Below are positions 1 to 10,802 of a DNA stretch of 64,000 bases, piece after piece. A program made the translations under genes and the position numbers. The first letter of the stretch is position 1. Each line of letters opens with the position of its first letter. The notes below the pieces were generated by a model. The model saw only the letters and a program-made list of their open reading frames with translations. It did not search any database and was not told the origin of the DNA. Origin of the DNA: Zygnema circumcarinatum SAG 698-1b (Eukaryota; Plantae; Zygnematophyceae); contig CM074806.1 in NCBI GenBank assembly GCA_037447605.1, forward strand, positions 3,968,001 to 4,032,000, read 5' to 3'.

Positions 1-449
1 CACAAATTTGCTGCTTATCAAAGTAAAAAGTGCGGTACAGCCGTGTCTCCAAACCCTACAAGCAGCAGGCGGAGGGAGGATAGAGGAAGGCACGAATTGA
101 AGGGCCCCTTCAGGAGGATGCACGAGGTGGGGAGCCGTACTGTACGAACGACGCGTGTGAATACGGCCCTTTTACTGGCGGCTACAAAATTAGTTCCCTT
201 CAGAAACCCGCACCTGTCACGGTGGGATCCGATTGACGGAACGTGTGAGGAGTGGTCGTGATTGGCTGCCCGCTGAGGAGTTTTGCTGAGGAGCACACGT
301 GGCAATAAGTTCGGCGTTTCGGCGTCGGTCAAAGTATGAGGAGCTCGGACCACGCGGAAGGCGCGGATTGGGCGCCACATGTGATGGGGCTGTTAAGCGT
401 ATTATTGCGAAACCCGTTATACGACGATTTCTGATCGCGACAATTTCCG

Positions 450-624
450 TCGCGGCTGCTTTCAGGAGGACTTGAAGCGTGGTTGAGCCTAGGCGTAGGT
501 TTTTGCTTCGAGCTTTTTTCTTGTGAGCTTGGGTTCTTTGCGACCACCTCTGCGTGGTTCCCCATGATGCTGATGTTGGCCATGTACATTTGATGGCATC
601 ATCGCCATCGTGAGATCAATGCCA
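450..624 (+). other. Conserved dispersed element, copy 1 (in the PIG-C leader region)
   Basis: Shares collinear exact blocks with the copies at 20.8 kb and 39.5 kb, including CCATGTACATTTGATGG (580-596) and TCGCCATCGTGAG (602-614). Confidence 0.85.
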
Positions 625-1047
625 CATCACTCACAATTTGTGATCATTCACAGATATAGCATTTACATAGATTCTGTTTACAGTTGCGTAGAGACATGGA
701 AGGGCAACAAGGTCTGATTCTGCAAGCAAGGGCATGTGAGACTTGCAAATTTCGAACGAATGTGTTTTCTTTCAAGGGGTAGAGAAAGATTTAACGAGCT
801 GGATTTGGTGGTTCTTAGTAACCAGAGGAACTTACAAAAAAAAAAAAAAAAACGGGGAAAAAAAAACAGTAGTAGAGGCTTTTGTTTGTCCTGTAACCGC
901 TCACATCCACAAGCAGGTCTCGTTCTGATGGGAATGCAGGAAGAAGGATGATGATTACCATTATTTCCGATCTTGGTGGACTTTCACAAGCTGTGAATCT
1001 CTGCTTCTGCTCTTCCGCTTTTGCAGCTTTCGCACAGATACTTGTAG

Positions 1048-2310
1048 ATGGACCTCCACCAGTTTTGCCCGTGGGATGGGCAAGAATACGAGGGCAGCGC
1101 TCCATTCTGCGCCACTTGCAGATGCCCGCGGAATTCCGGTGACAGGTGGGAGAGATACCGCCCCCCATGGCGGAAGATTCTTTATGAAGAGCAGCCCTAT
1201 GATGATAATTATACTGACGACACATTCCTGGACGCGCTCGTCACTAACCCTAATTTTGTAGAACGCGACTTTTGGTCCGTTGTGCTGCACTCCCTCTTGG
1301 TGTCTCAACAGGTATGCACAGTGGTGTTGCTTGTGTTAGTTGCGACCTATTCTATGGGAGAAATTCCTCCATTCTGTCGAACAGTTCAAGGGCATTCAAC
1401 CGCTCCAACAGAAGTCAATCTGCAACAGTTTGAAGCAATCGATGAAATGCGTCATCCCGGAACGAATGGCACTGGTGCGATTCTAGGAGAAACATATTCT
1501 CAACAGTTACTCACTGCATCTGTGAATCTTCGCGTTGATTCGTCTCCCCACTCTAGCTGCCAATGCCCGGACCGAAGATCTCTCCATGCAAGCACATTAT
1601 TGCTTCTGGATTTTACACTTTTGTTGCTCGGCTCTGCAAGCCTTTTGTTGATCAATTCAAGGTTGACCTCTTCTTCTTCTGGCAATGAGCAGCACGTTAG
1701 CAATTCAGGCTATGGTTTCACTGTCGGGTCTCAATGGCGTTATATCAGAAGCACCTCCTTCAACGGCTTCCTCTTCTTCGGCGGAACTTATGCCCTCTCT
1801 CCCATACTCCAGACTCTTGCGAGGTCAATAAGCTCTGACACCATTTGTACATCCACCATTTTTCTGTTTCTTATACATCTCTTCTTTCATGACTACAGCT
1901 ATTCACACTTAATCACCGCCAAGTTTTCAGGAAGCGTTTCACTCATGTCGGGGATCTTTGCTTCAATTCTGCTCGCTTCTCGCCTACAGTCGCACATCAG
2001 CACTTTCGGTTTCGTATTGTTTACTTTGGAGCTCCTTGTACTGTTCCCAGTGGTTTCACATCACATGAAGATTTTCTCGGAGTCTTTACATTTAGCATTC
2101 TCTCTGGCAACAGTTGTACTGACAACCGCCCTCCTTAGGCACATCAGCACTTTACTCACAGGAGTCTTCCTCATAGTTATTTTTTGCATTACAATTATAT
2201 GTCCATATTGGCTCATTAGATTGCAGGAGTTGAAGTTTGAAATAACTGGGCCTTGGGATGAAGCGAAGCTTGTTACCACTAGTGGAAGGATTGAGATGGA
2301 AGACTCATAG
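1048..2310 (+). CDS. PIGC: GPI-GlcNAc transferase subunit C (PIG-C/GPI2), single coding exon, 420 aa
   Basis: Contains PIG-C motifs PWRKILYEEQPYDDNYTDDTFL, LSPILQTLARSISSDTI, FLIHLFFHDY, SILLASRL and C-terminal KFEITGPWDEAK. Multi-TM profile. Acceptor-like cacag just upstream suggests a 5'UTR intron. Confidence 0.95.
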   Translation: MDLHQFCPWDGQEYEGSAPFCATCRCPRNSGDRWERYRPPWRKILYEEQPYDDNYTDDTFLDALVTNPNFVERDFWSVVLHSLLVSQQVCTVVLLVLVATYSMGEIPPFCRTVQGHSTAPTEVNLQQFEAIDEMRHPGTNGTGAILGETYSQQLLTASVNLRVDSSPHSSCQCPDRRSLHASTLLLLDFTLLLLGSASLLLINSRLTSSSSGNEQHVSNSGYGFTVGSQWRYIRSTSFNGFLFFGGTYALSPILQTLARSISSDTICTSTIFLFLIHLFFHDYSYSHLITAKFSGSVSLMSGIFASILLASRLQSHISTFGFVLFTLELLVLFPVVSHHMKIFSESLHLAFSLATVVLTTALLRHISTLLTGVFLIVIFCITIICPYWLIRLQELKFEITGPWDEAKLVTTSGRIEMEDS

Positions 2311-2600
2311 AACACTGTCTTGATGATTGGCAGGAACCTCCCAAAGCCGCTTTTGGTAATAAGGATCGTGTGCAGTGTTCTTACTGATAATGTTTCAACA
2401 ACAATGTTGCTTTGGCTCATATGCCAACAAACTTGCAAGTCTCATGAAATGGCTCATAGTGGTGAGCTCAAAGAATTAATGATAGGATTCACAAGGCTTG
2501 GCAATGGGCTACATACACAGAAAGTGCTCCATCGCAATTCCTAGAATAGACACTTTTTAGCCGAACATCTAGATTATCAGAAGTAGGCAGCGGCCCAAAC

Positions 2601-3690
2601 TCATTCTGAGAGTAGCTCAATGTACGATTTGTGTTGAGGGTATTGTTCTAAAAGCATTTCAGCAGATGCCATTTCAAAATCTTCAAATTCAAAACCCGGA
2701 GCAACAGTGCAACCGACCAACGAAAAAGCATTCTCAGGATCTCGTGAGCCCTTAGCCAACGTACCGTCGCTTCTCTCCTCAAGGTCTAAAGTAGGAAAAG
2801 AGGCAAACCATGCCCCTGCTGGCACAACATGTTGAACCTTTTGCCCCCCCAAGAGGTCGTGCCCAAGAATTGTTTTCTTAAGAGTACCTTCTTGGTCAAT
2901 CTCCAAAACCTACAATGCAAAAGCAAAAATCAGCCATCCATTTACCTCCCGCGCCGAGGTTGCAAATTTTGCAAGAACGTTTTTCCTTCCCTCGTCCCGC
3001 CTCACCATTTCCATTTTTACAACTCCTCAACTTCTGGTTATTCCACATTTCCCACTTTCTATCTGTCATTTACTGCTATTTCCTCTCTTTTTATTTTTCC
3101 ATGCCTCATCCCTCTCCTGCTGCAACATTCCAAAACGTCAGAAGATTTAATGCTCTATTTAAGCGCCGAGGAAGTGCCAGGGTGTGTCGCCCTAAGGAGG
3201 GCCAGCAGCTTACAGTGAGAGGGTCGCCGTAGTAGAAGTGCCAAACCTCCGCGCTCGGAATGCGGTGCAGCTTTGAAACAGTGCCACTTGGCACGAGAAA
3301 ATAGATGGCAGTACTAACCGCTTTGTGGCTCACTTTATCTGCATTCCGCAAGGGGAGCGAGCGAAAGAGAGAGAGGGAGAGAGATCGAGAGAAAGAGAGA
3401 GAGGGCGGAGGTGCAGAACACTACGTCACAAAGGCTTCTTCCAATTTTGAGGCCCTCTGGGCTAAAATCGTTGCAGACGCATGCAAAAAAGCGCAGATTT
3501 TCCCTAACATATTCAAGCTTATGCTCTGCTTTTCAATCCCCTCTTGCGTGCAGGATAAGGGCCCACATCCAGGCGGCAGGAGCTCCAGCGGAAGGCCGAC
3601 CGAAGCATCGCGGAATGTCTCCGAGTAAAATCCTCCCTCCGGGTGCGGCTGCAGTCCGTACAGCTTCACCAAAGCGCTCAGCGTCGCCAT
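2601..3690 (-). CDS. DUF985/Cupin_5 family protein, 3 exons
   Basis: Spliced fragments LQPHPEGGFYSETFRD / VSTAIYFLV..SKLHRIPSAEVWHFYYGDPL / VQHVVPAGAWFAS..FSLVGCTVAPGFEFEDFEMA match the cupin_5 signature. Frames join across GT-AG introns. Confidence 0.93.
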
Positions 3691-3963
3691 GTCCGCACTC
3701 CTGCAGATACCTTGCTCACACCCTCTCCCTCTCCCTCTCCCTCAGCCTCAGATTCAGGGCTGCAAGCACGAGAGCAGCTCCGCCATGGCCAGGGCTAGGC
3801 CACCTACGGCTCTACAGCCTGTATCGTTATACCGAATATCGATACGATACGATGACATAGACAGTATATAGTTATTCCGATACGATACGAAAAATTACGT
3901 ACGATATGATCGAGACGAAATCGACTCGGAAACATTTGCTCGATACGGGCACAGGAGGCGGAG

Positions 3964-4099
3964 TGACGTGGCGAGGGAGAGGCGGCTTGGCCAATCAGTA
4001 CTCGCCACGTGGAAGTTGTGCTGTAGCGAGCGTGGAGCGTGTGAGGGAGAAGGGAAAGCCTGTCCACGTGGCAACGGGGAGGAGATCTTGCCACGTGGC
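3964..4099. promoter_or_regulatory. Bidirectional promoter (cupin/FIP37) with a G-box/ABRE cluster and a CCAAT box
   Basis: TGACGTGGC (3964), CCAAT (3991), GCCACGTGG (4004), CCACGTGGC (4064) and GCCACGTGGC (4090) between divergent start codons 533 bp apart. Confidence 0.7.
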
Positions 4100-4222
4100 A
4101 GACTGTGAGGGCGGGCTCTGGAAAGACGGGGGGAGGAGCAGGAAGGGGAAACAACGAGAAGAGGAGCTCGAGTTCTAGGGTTTGTTCGCAGGGCGCTCGG
4201 AGGGGGACGCGGGGAGAAGACC

Positions 4223-5778
4223 ATGGCGGCTTTTGATGACGAAGTGGTGAGCATAATGCCTGGGGTAGGAGGGAGAGAGTGGCCGTGGCTTGGAATGGGT
4301 TAGTGTCTGTTTTACTGTTTGTGGTGTTGCTGTTGGGAGGGAGGGGAGGAAGGAATGGGGCGAGGGGGGAAAGGGGGGGGAGGGAAGGGAGAGAGAGAGA
4401 GTGTGAGGGGGAGGGAGGGCGCGGAACATTGTTCCGAGTGATAAGTTATTCTTGAAGCACCGACTGAAAGGGTGAAGGGGGCTCTGTGGTGGTGAAGGAT
4501 GACTTTGATTTTGGCGGGGATGAAGCAGAGGAAGATAAACCCCTTGAAGGTGGGCTTGCAACCCTAACTCTTGAAACATACTACGACATGTTATCACAAC
4601 CAGTTGATGATCTTTATAGCGGAGCGACCTTGGGGAGCTTTCTGGAATCACAATCTACAATCTCTGTTACCGTTGTTGTCCGTGAGATATATTATGCTGA
4701 AGCCTTTCCCCCCCCCCCCATAGAGGCCATAGTGGGCACCTTCAACAACAAGCCATTCACAATTCTCGACATGGTCCCGCATAAAACTCCTTCAAGCATG
4801 AAGACCGTATGTCAAAACCATTTAGAGCTACGAATCGGCATCAAGTTTCTTGCATGCGGTGTTTGACTGCATTTGTGATATTGAGAGTTTTTGAAAGGGG
4901 ATACAGGCAACAAGAGACGGTTTGAGGAACTTTTGGAGGATGACGATGAGGAGGAGCTTTATCCAGCTAAAAAGGTCTGAAGTATTCGAGTCTTCACCTC
5001 TGCAAGAATTGAGCAAACTGTTAACTGCTTCGGGAATGTTCTTTGTTTTTATGTTTGATACCTTCGATAGTCCTCCCACGTACTTGTGATTGTAGCAGCC
5101 CACTGTCAGCGGAGAGGATCATGCAACAACAACAATTCTGAATCTACGTTCAAGGTACTGTCTGCATTTCAGAGCTCCTCCTTGGTTGGTCATGGTATTC
5201 GCTTTAGCGCCGATGCAATTTGCTCCCTTTCCTGATGTTTTTGATGGTTTGCCTCCCTTAACAAGTTGGAGAAGTATGGGGGTCTTGGTTGGGAGGAGAG
5301 GCCAGTCTGGAAGAGAAAGATGCGGCCATTGCTGCTCTCCAGGTAAAGCCCTTCCAGTTCGACGGAATCCTAATAGAACCCACTTATGTTCTAAGCTGCC
5401 CAATGTGGTTTCTGTTTTGGAGTACCATAGCTTTTGTTTTTGTCTTTATATTTTTTGCTTGAAATTCCGTATTCCTTACGTCACGTATGTTGGAAGTACA
5501 ACTGATCGGCCGTGTGAGTGTGGGTCAGGCTAAGCTGACAGCAACCAATGCGGAGCTTGAAAGGTGGCGTGATGCCATTCGTGGAGCTTCTCTCTTGCCT
5601 CCTGACACGAAGCCCGGTAATGTCTGAATAGAGTTTGAATTCGGGGTTGCGGGTGGTCATTGTAGTTTTGGCCCACTTTTCCAAACTGCTTTGCCTCTGC
5701 TTAGTTTGTTCTACCTTCCCTCTCATCCATCACGCTCTTTTCTTGTTTTTGCTTTCTCATTCTCATCTCGTTTTCTGT

Positions 5779-5816
<38 letters not shown>

Positions 5817-7948
5817 TCTCTCTCCTCTCTCTCTCTCTTCTTCGCTTCCTTGCAATGAAGCAGAGCCTGCACCCGTCATGGAGGAGATCATGAAGCTTGT
5901 GGCAAATGATGGCAGAGTGAAGGAGCAGGTAACTTACCCGAAGTGCAAGTATGGCGTTCAGCCAAAACATTCATGTGCATGCATGAACCGCATTCATAGA
6001 ACCTACCAATGTTGTTGCGATGTTCCAACCCCCTCAATGGGCCCGTGCCGGTGCAGCTTCGAGCCGCAAAGCGTCGCGAGAATGTGATGCTCCTTCGCCT
6101 CGCGGGGACGGAGCAGGAGATAACCGAGCTCAAGGTGGGGCTGTACGGACAGGTCAAACTGAACTTGAGAACTGAACTTGGGGCATGCATGCATGGATGC
6201 CGGTTGACATGCATGGGCCGGTTGGGATCATAGCGCAGACTCACATAGAGGACATGCGGGAGATGCTGAAGCCACCAATGCTCCAAGTGGGTTCCTTTCT
6301 CTTTGCCCTTGTCCTTTTCACTTGCTTTTACCCTTATTCCGCTCTCTCTCTCTCTCTCTCTTTCTCTCCACCTCTCCCCTCCCCCTGCCTTCCTTCTCCT
6401 CCCTCCTTCCCCCTCTTCACCGCTCTTTTTCGATTTCACCTAACCTTTCAGGCCCTAAAACCATAGCAAGTACTGCAAGGATGCAATTGAGTGAGAAATC
6501 CCTATTGAAGAGTGCGTCAACATTTGGCTGCAAGCGCCATCGTAGTACGGCCTTTTTGTGTGCATTTTTGTTCTGTGTGTTTTCTGTTTGACGTACAGAT
6601 GGGTGTTCGTGGAAAGGGAGATGCAAGCTAACGCCATACTTGTAATTCTCTAATTGGATGCGTTTGTTATTGTGGCATGCATATGTGTACATATGTTGGG
6701 GGGAAGCAGGCACGAAGATTGATGCTGGACCCTGTTATCCACGCAGAGTTTACTCATCTCAAGGTTTTCTCAGGCCCTTCTGTTAACCACTGCAACAAAA
6801 CCTTGAAGTGTTACTTGAAAACTTTAAGTTTTCGTGTGATGGTTTATTCCTTGTCCTTTAAATCGTTTGACTTTGAACTTTTGCAAACCCTATTTGACGA
6901 TTCTTGAGATCAATTCTCGATTCCGGCTATTTCATTGTTGGTCAACTCTTTCGCGTGGATCAGGGCTCATTTCTATGCATGAGCTGATTCTGTTTTCCAG
7001 TTCTGTTGAACTGCAGAAACAGTTGCAGGAAGCGGAAAAGAAAGCGCGCACTTTGCAGGATGATCTGGCTGCCGTTCAGTTCACTCCACACAGCAAACAC
7101 GGCAAAATGCTGATGGCAAAATGCAGAACTCTGCAGGAGGAAAATGAGGAGATTGGCCTGCAGGCATCGGAAGGGAAGGTGAAGTTCTCACTCTTCTTAT
7201 TGGTCATGTTTGAAATGATGCAAAGTCGTGAGTTTTCTAAAAACTCTAAAGTTCAAATCTTTACAATAGTTTGTCTTCGGTTTCCGGGGGGGGGTGGTTA
7301 TGTTGTGCAGATTCATGAGCTGGAAAACAAACTTGCTTTACAGAAGCAACTGAATGCGGAACTTAACCAGGCATACTCAGGTGCTCCTACCTTCCAGCTC
7401 TCGAGGTGTCTATTTAAGTCGGAAATAGAGGAGAATTACCAACCGTGATGCTTTCCCTTTATCTAAACTCTAAGGGAGTGTTGCTTTCAGGGCCATCCTT
7501 TGGCTGTTGTGAATGGTCGTATACTGAAGGGAATTGAGGGTTTGCTTCCGCAGAACTGAAGGAGTATGTCGACGATATGACACAGGAGGAGGAAAAGCTG
7601 CAAGCACGCGTAGGTTCTTGGGGTGTGTCAGGACGTGTGTGTGTATTGGCAGAACATGCATATGACGATAGTGACGAGAATGATATTTCTTTGTTTCTTT
7701 TGTTTTTTTACCCCCAGATATATTCACTTCAGCGGCAGCTGAATCAGCGGGATAAGGAGCTCAATCAGCAGCTTGCAGCACGCGAGCACCGGAGGCAGGC
7801 GAGATTAGCGGAGAAGGAGAGGGAGATGAAGTCAAAGAGAGAGAAGATAGAGCCGCCAAAAGTGGTGGAGGAGATGGTTCCAGTGGAGGAGACACTTGCC
7901 CTTCCGGCGGCGGCAATGGAAGATGTTAAAGAGGCACAGCTTGTCTAG
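4223..7948 (+). CDS. FIP37: FIP37/WTAP m6A writer complex subunit, multi-exon
   Basis: Exons encode MAAFDDEV, DDFDFGGD, GNKRRFEELLEDDDE, ARRLMLDPVIHAEFTHLK, VQFTPHSKHGKMLMAKCRTLQEENEEIGLQASEGK and IHELENKLALQK, the WTAP/Mum2 core. Confidence 0.95.
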
Positions 7949-8458
7949 AAACGCTTCCTTTGTACTGAGTTACAGCCTCTCAATTCAAGTCCCAAAGAAG
8001 TTCATAATGTGGGATCAGTAGTCCATGGTATTCCCCAATGAACCATGTTCATGTTGTTGAGAATAGTAGTTGTGCCGGAATTCTCTAGACAAACATCCAT
8101 GGAAACAAGATTGACCCATGAGTCGATCCACAGCAACAACTCGCTTCTGGCCATCCCTTCTGCTACCCAGTCCTCTGCTATCCATTATGGAGGCTTTAAT
8201 GAGACACATAAGTTTTAGAAAGCGATTCTGAAAAGACAACAAAATGAAGGAGAGTTTGCTTTCCCTTCACTTACATCACTCCCGTCGTGGTTTCAATCGA
8301 GAAGACGAGGGTGGTAAAACTGCCGTGCCACGAGCGTGACCGTAAAACTGCACAGAAGCAGGCGAAGGGGAACACATGGAATCGGCCATAGCATCTGCGG
8401 TCGCCCTCCTGCACTGCATTCCAGGACCCGTTTTATTTTATCGCAGGTCTTGGACGGC

Positions 8459-8474
8459 AAACCCTAACCCTAAC
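8459..8474 (+). promoter_or_regulatory. Telobox (AAACCCTAACCCTAA) just upstream of the EF-hand gene ATG
   Basis: Matches the plant telo-box AAACCCTA. Further copies near gene starts at ~51, 4176, 8596, 10732, 35614 and in eIF2B-epsilon intron 1. Confidence 0.7.
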
Positions 8475-8483
8475 GGCTGAGCC

Positions 8484-9986
8484 ATGGGGAACATCTTCTG
8501 TGAGACATCGTCCTCCTGTCCGCCATGGCGTGTGACTGCGACCGACTTCTTAAAAACCTTTTTTTCTTAAACGAGCAGGAAGAGTTGGCCGTTTTAGGGT
8601 TTCGAACGTTATATTTTAAGTGTTTGGTTTAATTCCTTTTTTGGAGTGTGACATTTGTGCTGTTAATTTTTTTCTTTTTTTAAATGTGCACTCTCCCCCG
8701 GACCCGCCAAGTGTAATAGGAAAAGCGGGAATTCGTATATTGTGTTTTTTGATGTTTCTGCATTACGTATTTGACTCTAAACTTCTTAATTGTTAGTAAC
8801 TGAAGAATGCGTGGTCGGCTGGTTGTTTCGAAGTTTAGGGTTATCTTCGAAAAGTGAAATGTAGGCATTGCCATTTTTAAACTTGCCTTACCTTTCTCCT
8901 CTGTAGCTTAAGGGGAGATTAAGGCGACCATGTGTGGTATTGGCATTGGCAGCACACGGCATGAGCGACAAACGAGTGCAGAAAATTATCGACAAAGTTT
9001 TTTATGAGCTCGCTGACATGGACCGCGACCAGGACCAAGGGCGACTCACCATGAACTTTGCAGAGCTCTACATCGGCATCCTCTTGGTGTACAAGTAAAT
9101 TTAAAGGGCGTTTGCTTGAATGCCTTTTCTCGGGCATTTCATCCTTTCGTTTTTGAAAGGGCATGTAACGTTTAAAAAATGATTGTTTGCTGCCTCTCCA
9201 TAGTGCTCTCCATCTCTATCACCCTCTCCATCCTCTCCGCTCCTCTCCTATCGCTCTCGCTGTCACTGCCTCCTTTCCCCTCGTTTCTTTCCCTCCCTCT
9301 CTTCCCTCCTCTCGCCCTCTCACGCAACTCTATCCCAGTTTCTGCTTTCGACTCTCCCTCTCCCTTTCCCAAAAATCTTTTCTCCAGCTCCGTCTTTCCT
9401 TATTCAGTGGTTACTTTGATTTGGGGGCCAGCGAAATCAATAAATTGACAAATGTACACAGCGACCCTCCACGACGAGAAGAGGTTGCAAAAATGCTGCA
9501 GGTGAAGCTTGCCGAAAAAGGAAGGGGATGAAATGGGAGAGAAGAATGAGAGGGGCAGACAGACGAATGGAGAGAGAGAGAGAGAGGGAGGAAGAGACTG
9601 AGCCGAACGAATGCTTCAGGGTCAGAAGAGAGAGCTTTCAAAATGTAGGAGCTTAAACTGCCCCTTCTGTTCCCTTTTGTGTTTGTTTATATCCCTGAGA
9701 AATTTTCCTCGGTGACATGCTTCAGGAATTTGACGCCAACCATGACGGCGCGCTGGACCGCCAAGAGTTCGAAGGCTTTGTCCTTCACTTCACGAAGGGC
9801 GCCACCAAACAAGTCACGAAAAACCTCTTCGTTGAGTGCGTCCTCGTGCCGGCCCTCGTCTTCGCCACCAAGTCCGCCACAAGGCCCGTGAAGAGGGTGG
9901 GCCCGGTGGTGCAGAGAATCCCCGAAGCCCTCATGACTGTGGGCTACTTGGGGCTGCTCTCGGCGGTGGGGCTCAAGGTCGGCTGA
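8484..9986 (+). CDS. Small EF-hand-type calcium-binding family protein (plant-type), 4 exons
   Basis: Proposed exons 8484-8499, 8953-9094, 9432-9501, 9726-9986 give MGNIFSHGMSDKRVQKIIDKVF..LNFAELYIGILLVYN-like helix, EINKL..DPPRREEVAKMLQ, EFDANHDGALDRQEF (EF loop). N-terminal MG suggests myristoylation. The first exon is less certain. Confidence 0.8.
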
Positions 9987-10087
9987 TGGGCCGGCATGGT
10001 GCTATTATTGTACATATGTTGTGTGGAGCGAACATGAAAGGCTGTTGTGGGAAGCACTGCAGCCTAGCGTTTTTGTGGGTCCGACCA

Positions 10088-10338
10088 ATGGGTCCATGCA
10101 TGTTTGGCCCAACAAATGGGTCATGCATGTTTAGCCCAACAAATGGGTCATGCATGTTTGGCCCAACAAATGGGACATGCATGTTTGGCCCAACAAATGT
10201 TTGGCCCAACAAATAGGACATGCATGTTTGGCCCAACAAATAGGACATGCATGTTTGGCCAACAAATAGGACATGCATGTTTGGCCCAACAACAGGTCAT
10301 GCATGTTTCTCCCAACAAGTAGCTCATGCATGTTTGGA
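10088..10338. repeat. 27-bp minisatellite, about 9 copies
   Basis: Unit AT(G/A)GG(T/A)CATGCATGTTTGGCCCAACAA repeated head-to-tail, with one 16-bp partial unit. Confidence 0.95.
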
Positions 10339-10802
10339 TCGGTGAAGGCCGATTTGGGCACTAGGGAATGTCAATGTTGTCAACTTTTGTAACGTATCGA
10401 GTGATTTTTTTTCTTCCCCTTTTTAAATTAAAGCGTAAAGCGTTCGTTCTTAGAACGGCGACCATTTTGCCCCTTCATGTTGAAGGTCGAACTTGGGTTG
10501 TGACAATTTTGGAAGCATCTGCACCGTCCATTGGCAGTAGCCCTCGAAGCGTCCTGACCGTCCACGTTTCCCGAGAGTCCCAGCCCGTTACCAATAACAC
10601 ACGTGAAGCCTCCGCAGATTCATAAACATATAACGACCCTTCTTATGATTCCCGTAAAGTTGAAGTAGAAACGCTTAACTGTACATGTATCGGCAGGAGT
10701 TCGAACAGTAAGTTTTCGCAGGCGTCCTCCATTAGGGTTTGCGGCTGGAGAAGGAGCGGAGGCTGCCACGTGGCGCTTTGCCGCGAAGGAGAAGCCTCGG
10801 CC

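Noticed and set aside
535-580. Resemblance of CTTTGCG..TGCTGAT in copy 1 to the U4 snRNA U6-pairing segments
   Set aside because: Spacing is too short, there is no 5' kink-turn stem or properly placed Sm site, and the second motif is not conserved in the other copies.
500-625. Antisense peptide reading of the conserved element ([GV][IV][DE]LTMAxPSNVHGQ..EPR in all three copies, with a SIM-like IDLT)
   Set aside because: Most synonymous positions in the core are invariant, which points to nucleotide-level constraint. Copy 1 has an in-frame TGA just upstream and a 1-nt shift relative to copy 3 downstream, and no minus-strand promoter context is apparent. Kept only as a minor alternative.
736-951. 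ORFs upstream of PIG-C as a second cistron
   Set aside because: They span a poly-A run, have no recognisable homology and look like intron sequence.
8459-8474. CTAACCCTAAC as a telomerase RNA template
   Set aside because: It lies 10 bp before a protein-coding ATG and fits an ordinary telobox. No type-3 promoter or pseudoknot evidence.
10088-10338. Regular 27-bp repeats as a CRISPR-like array
   Set aside because: Units are head-to-tail with no unique spacers, in a eukaryotic context with no cas genes.
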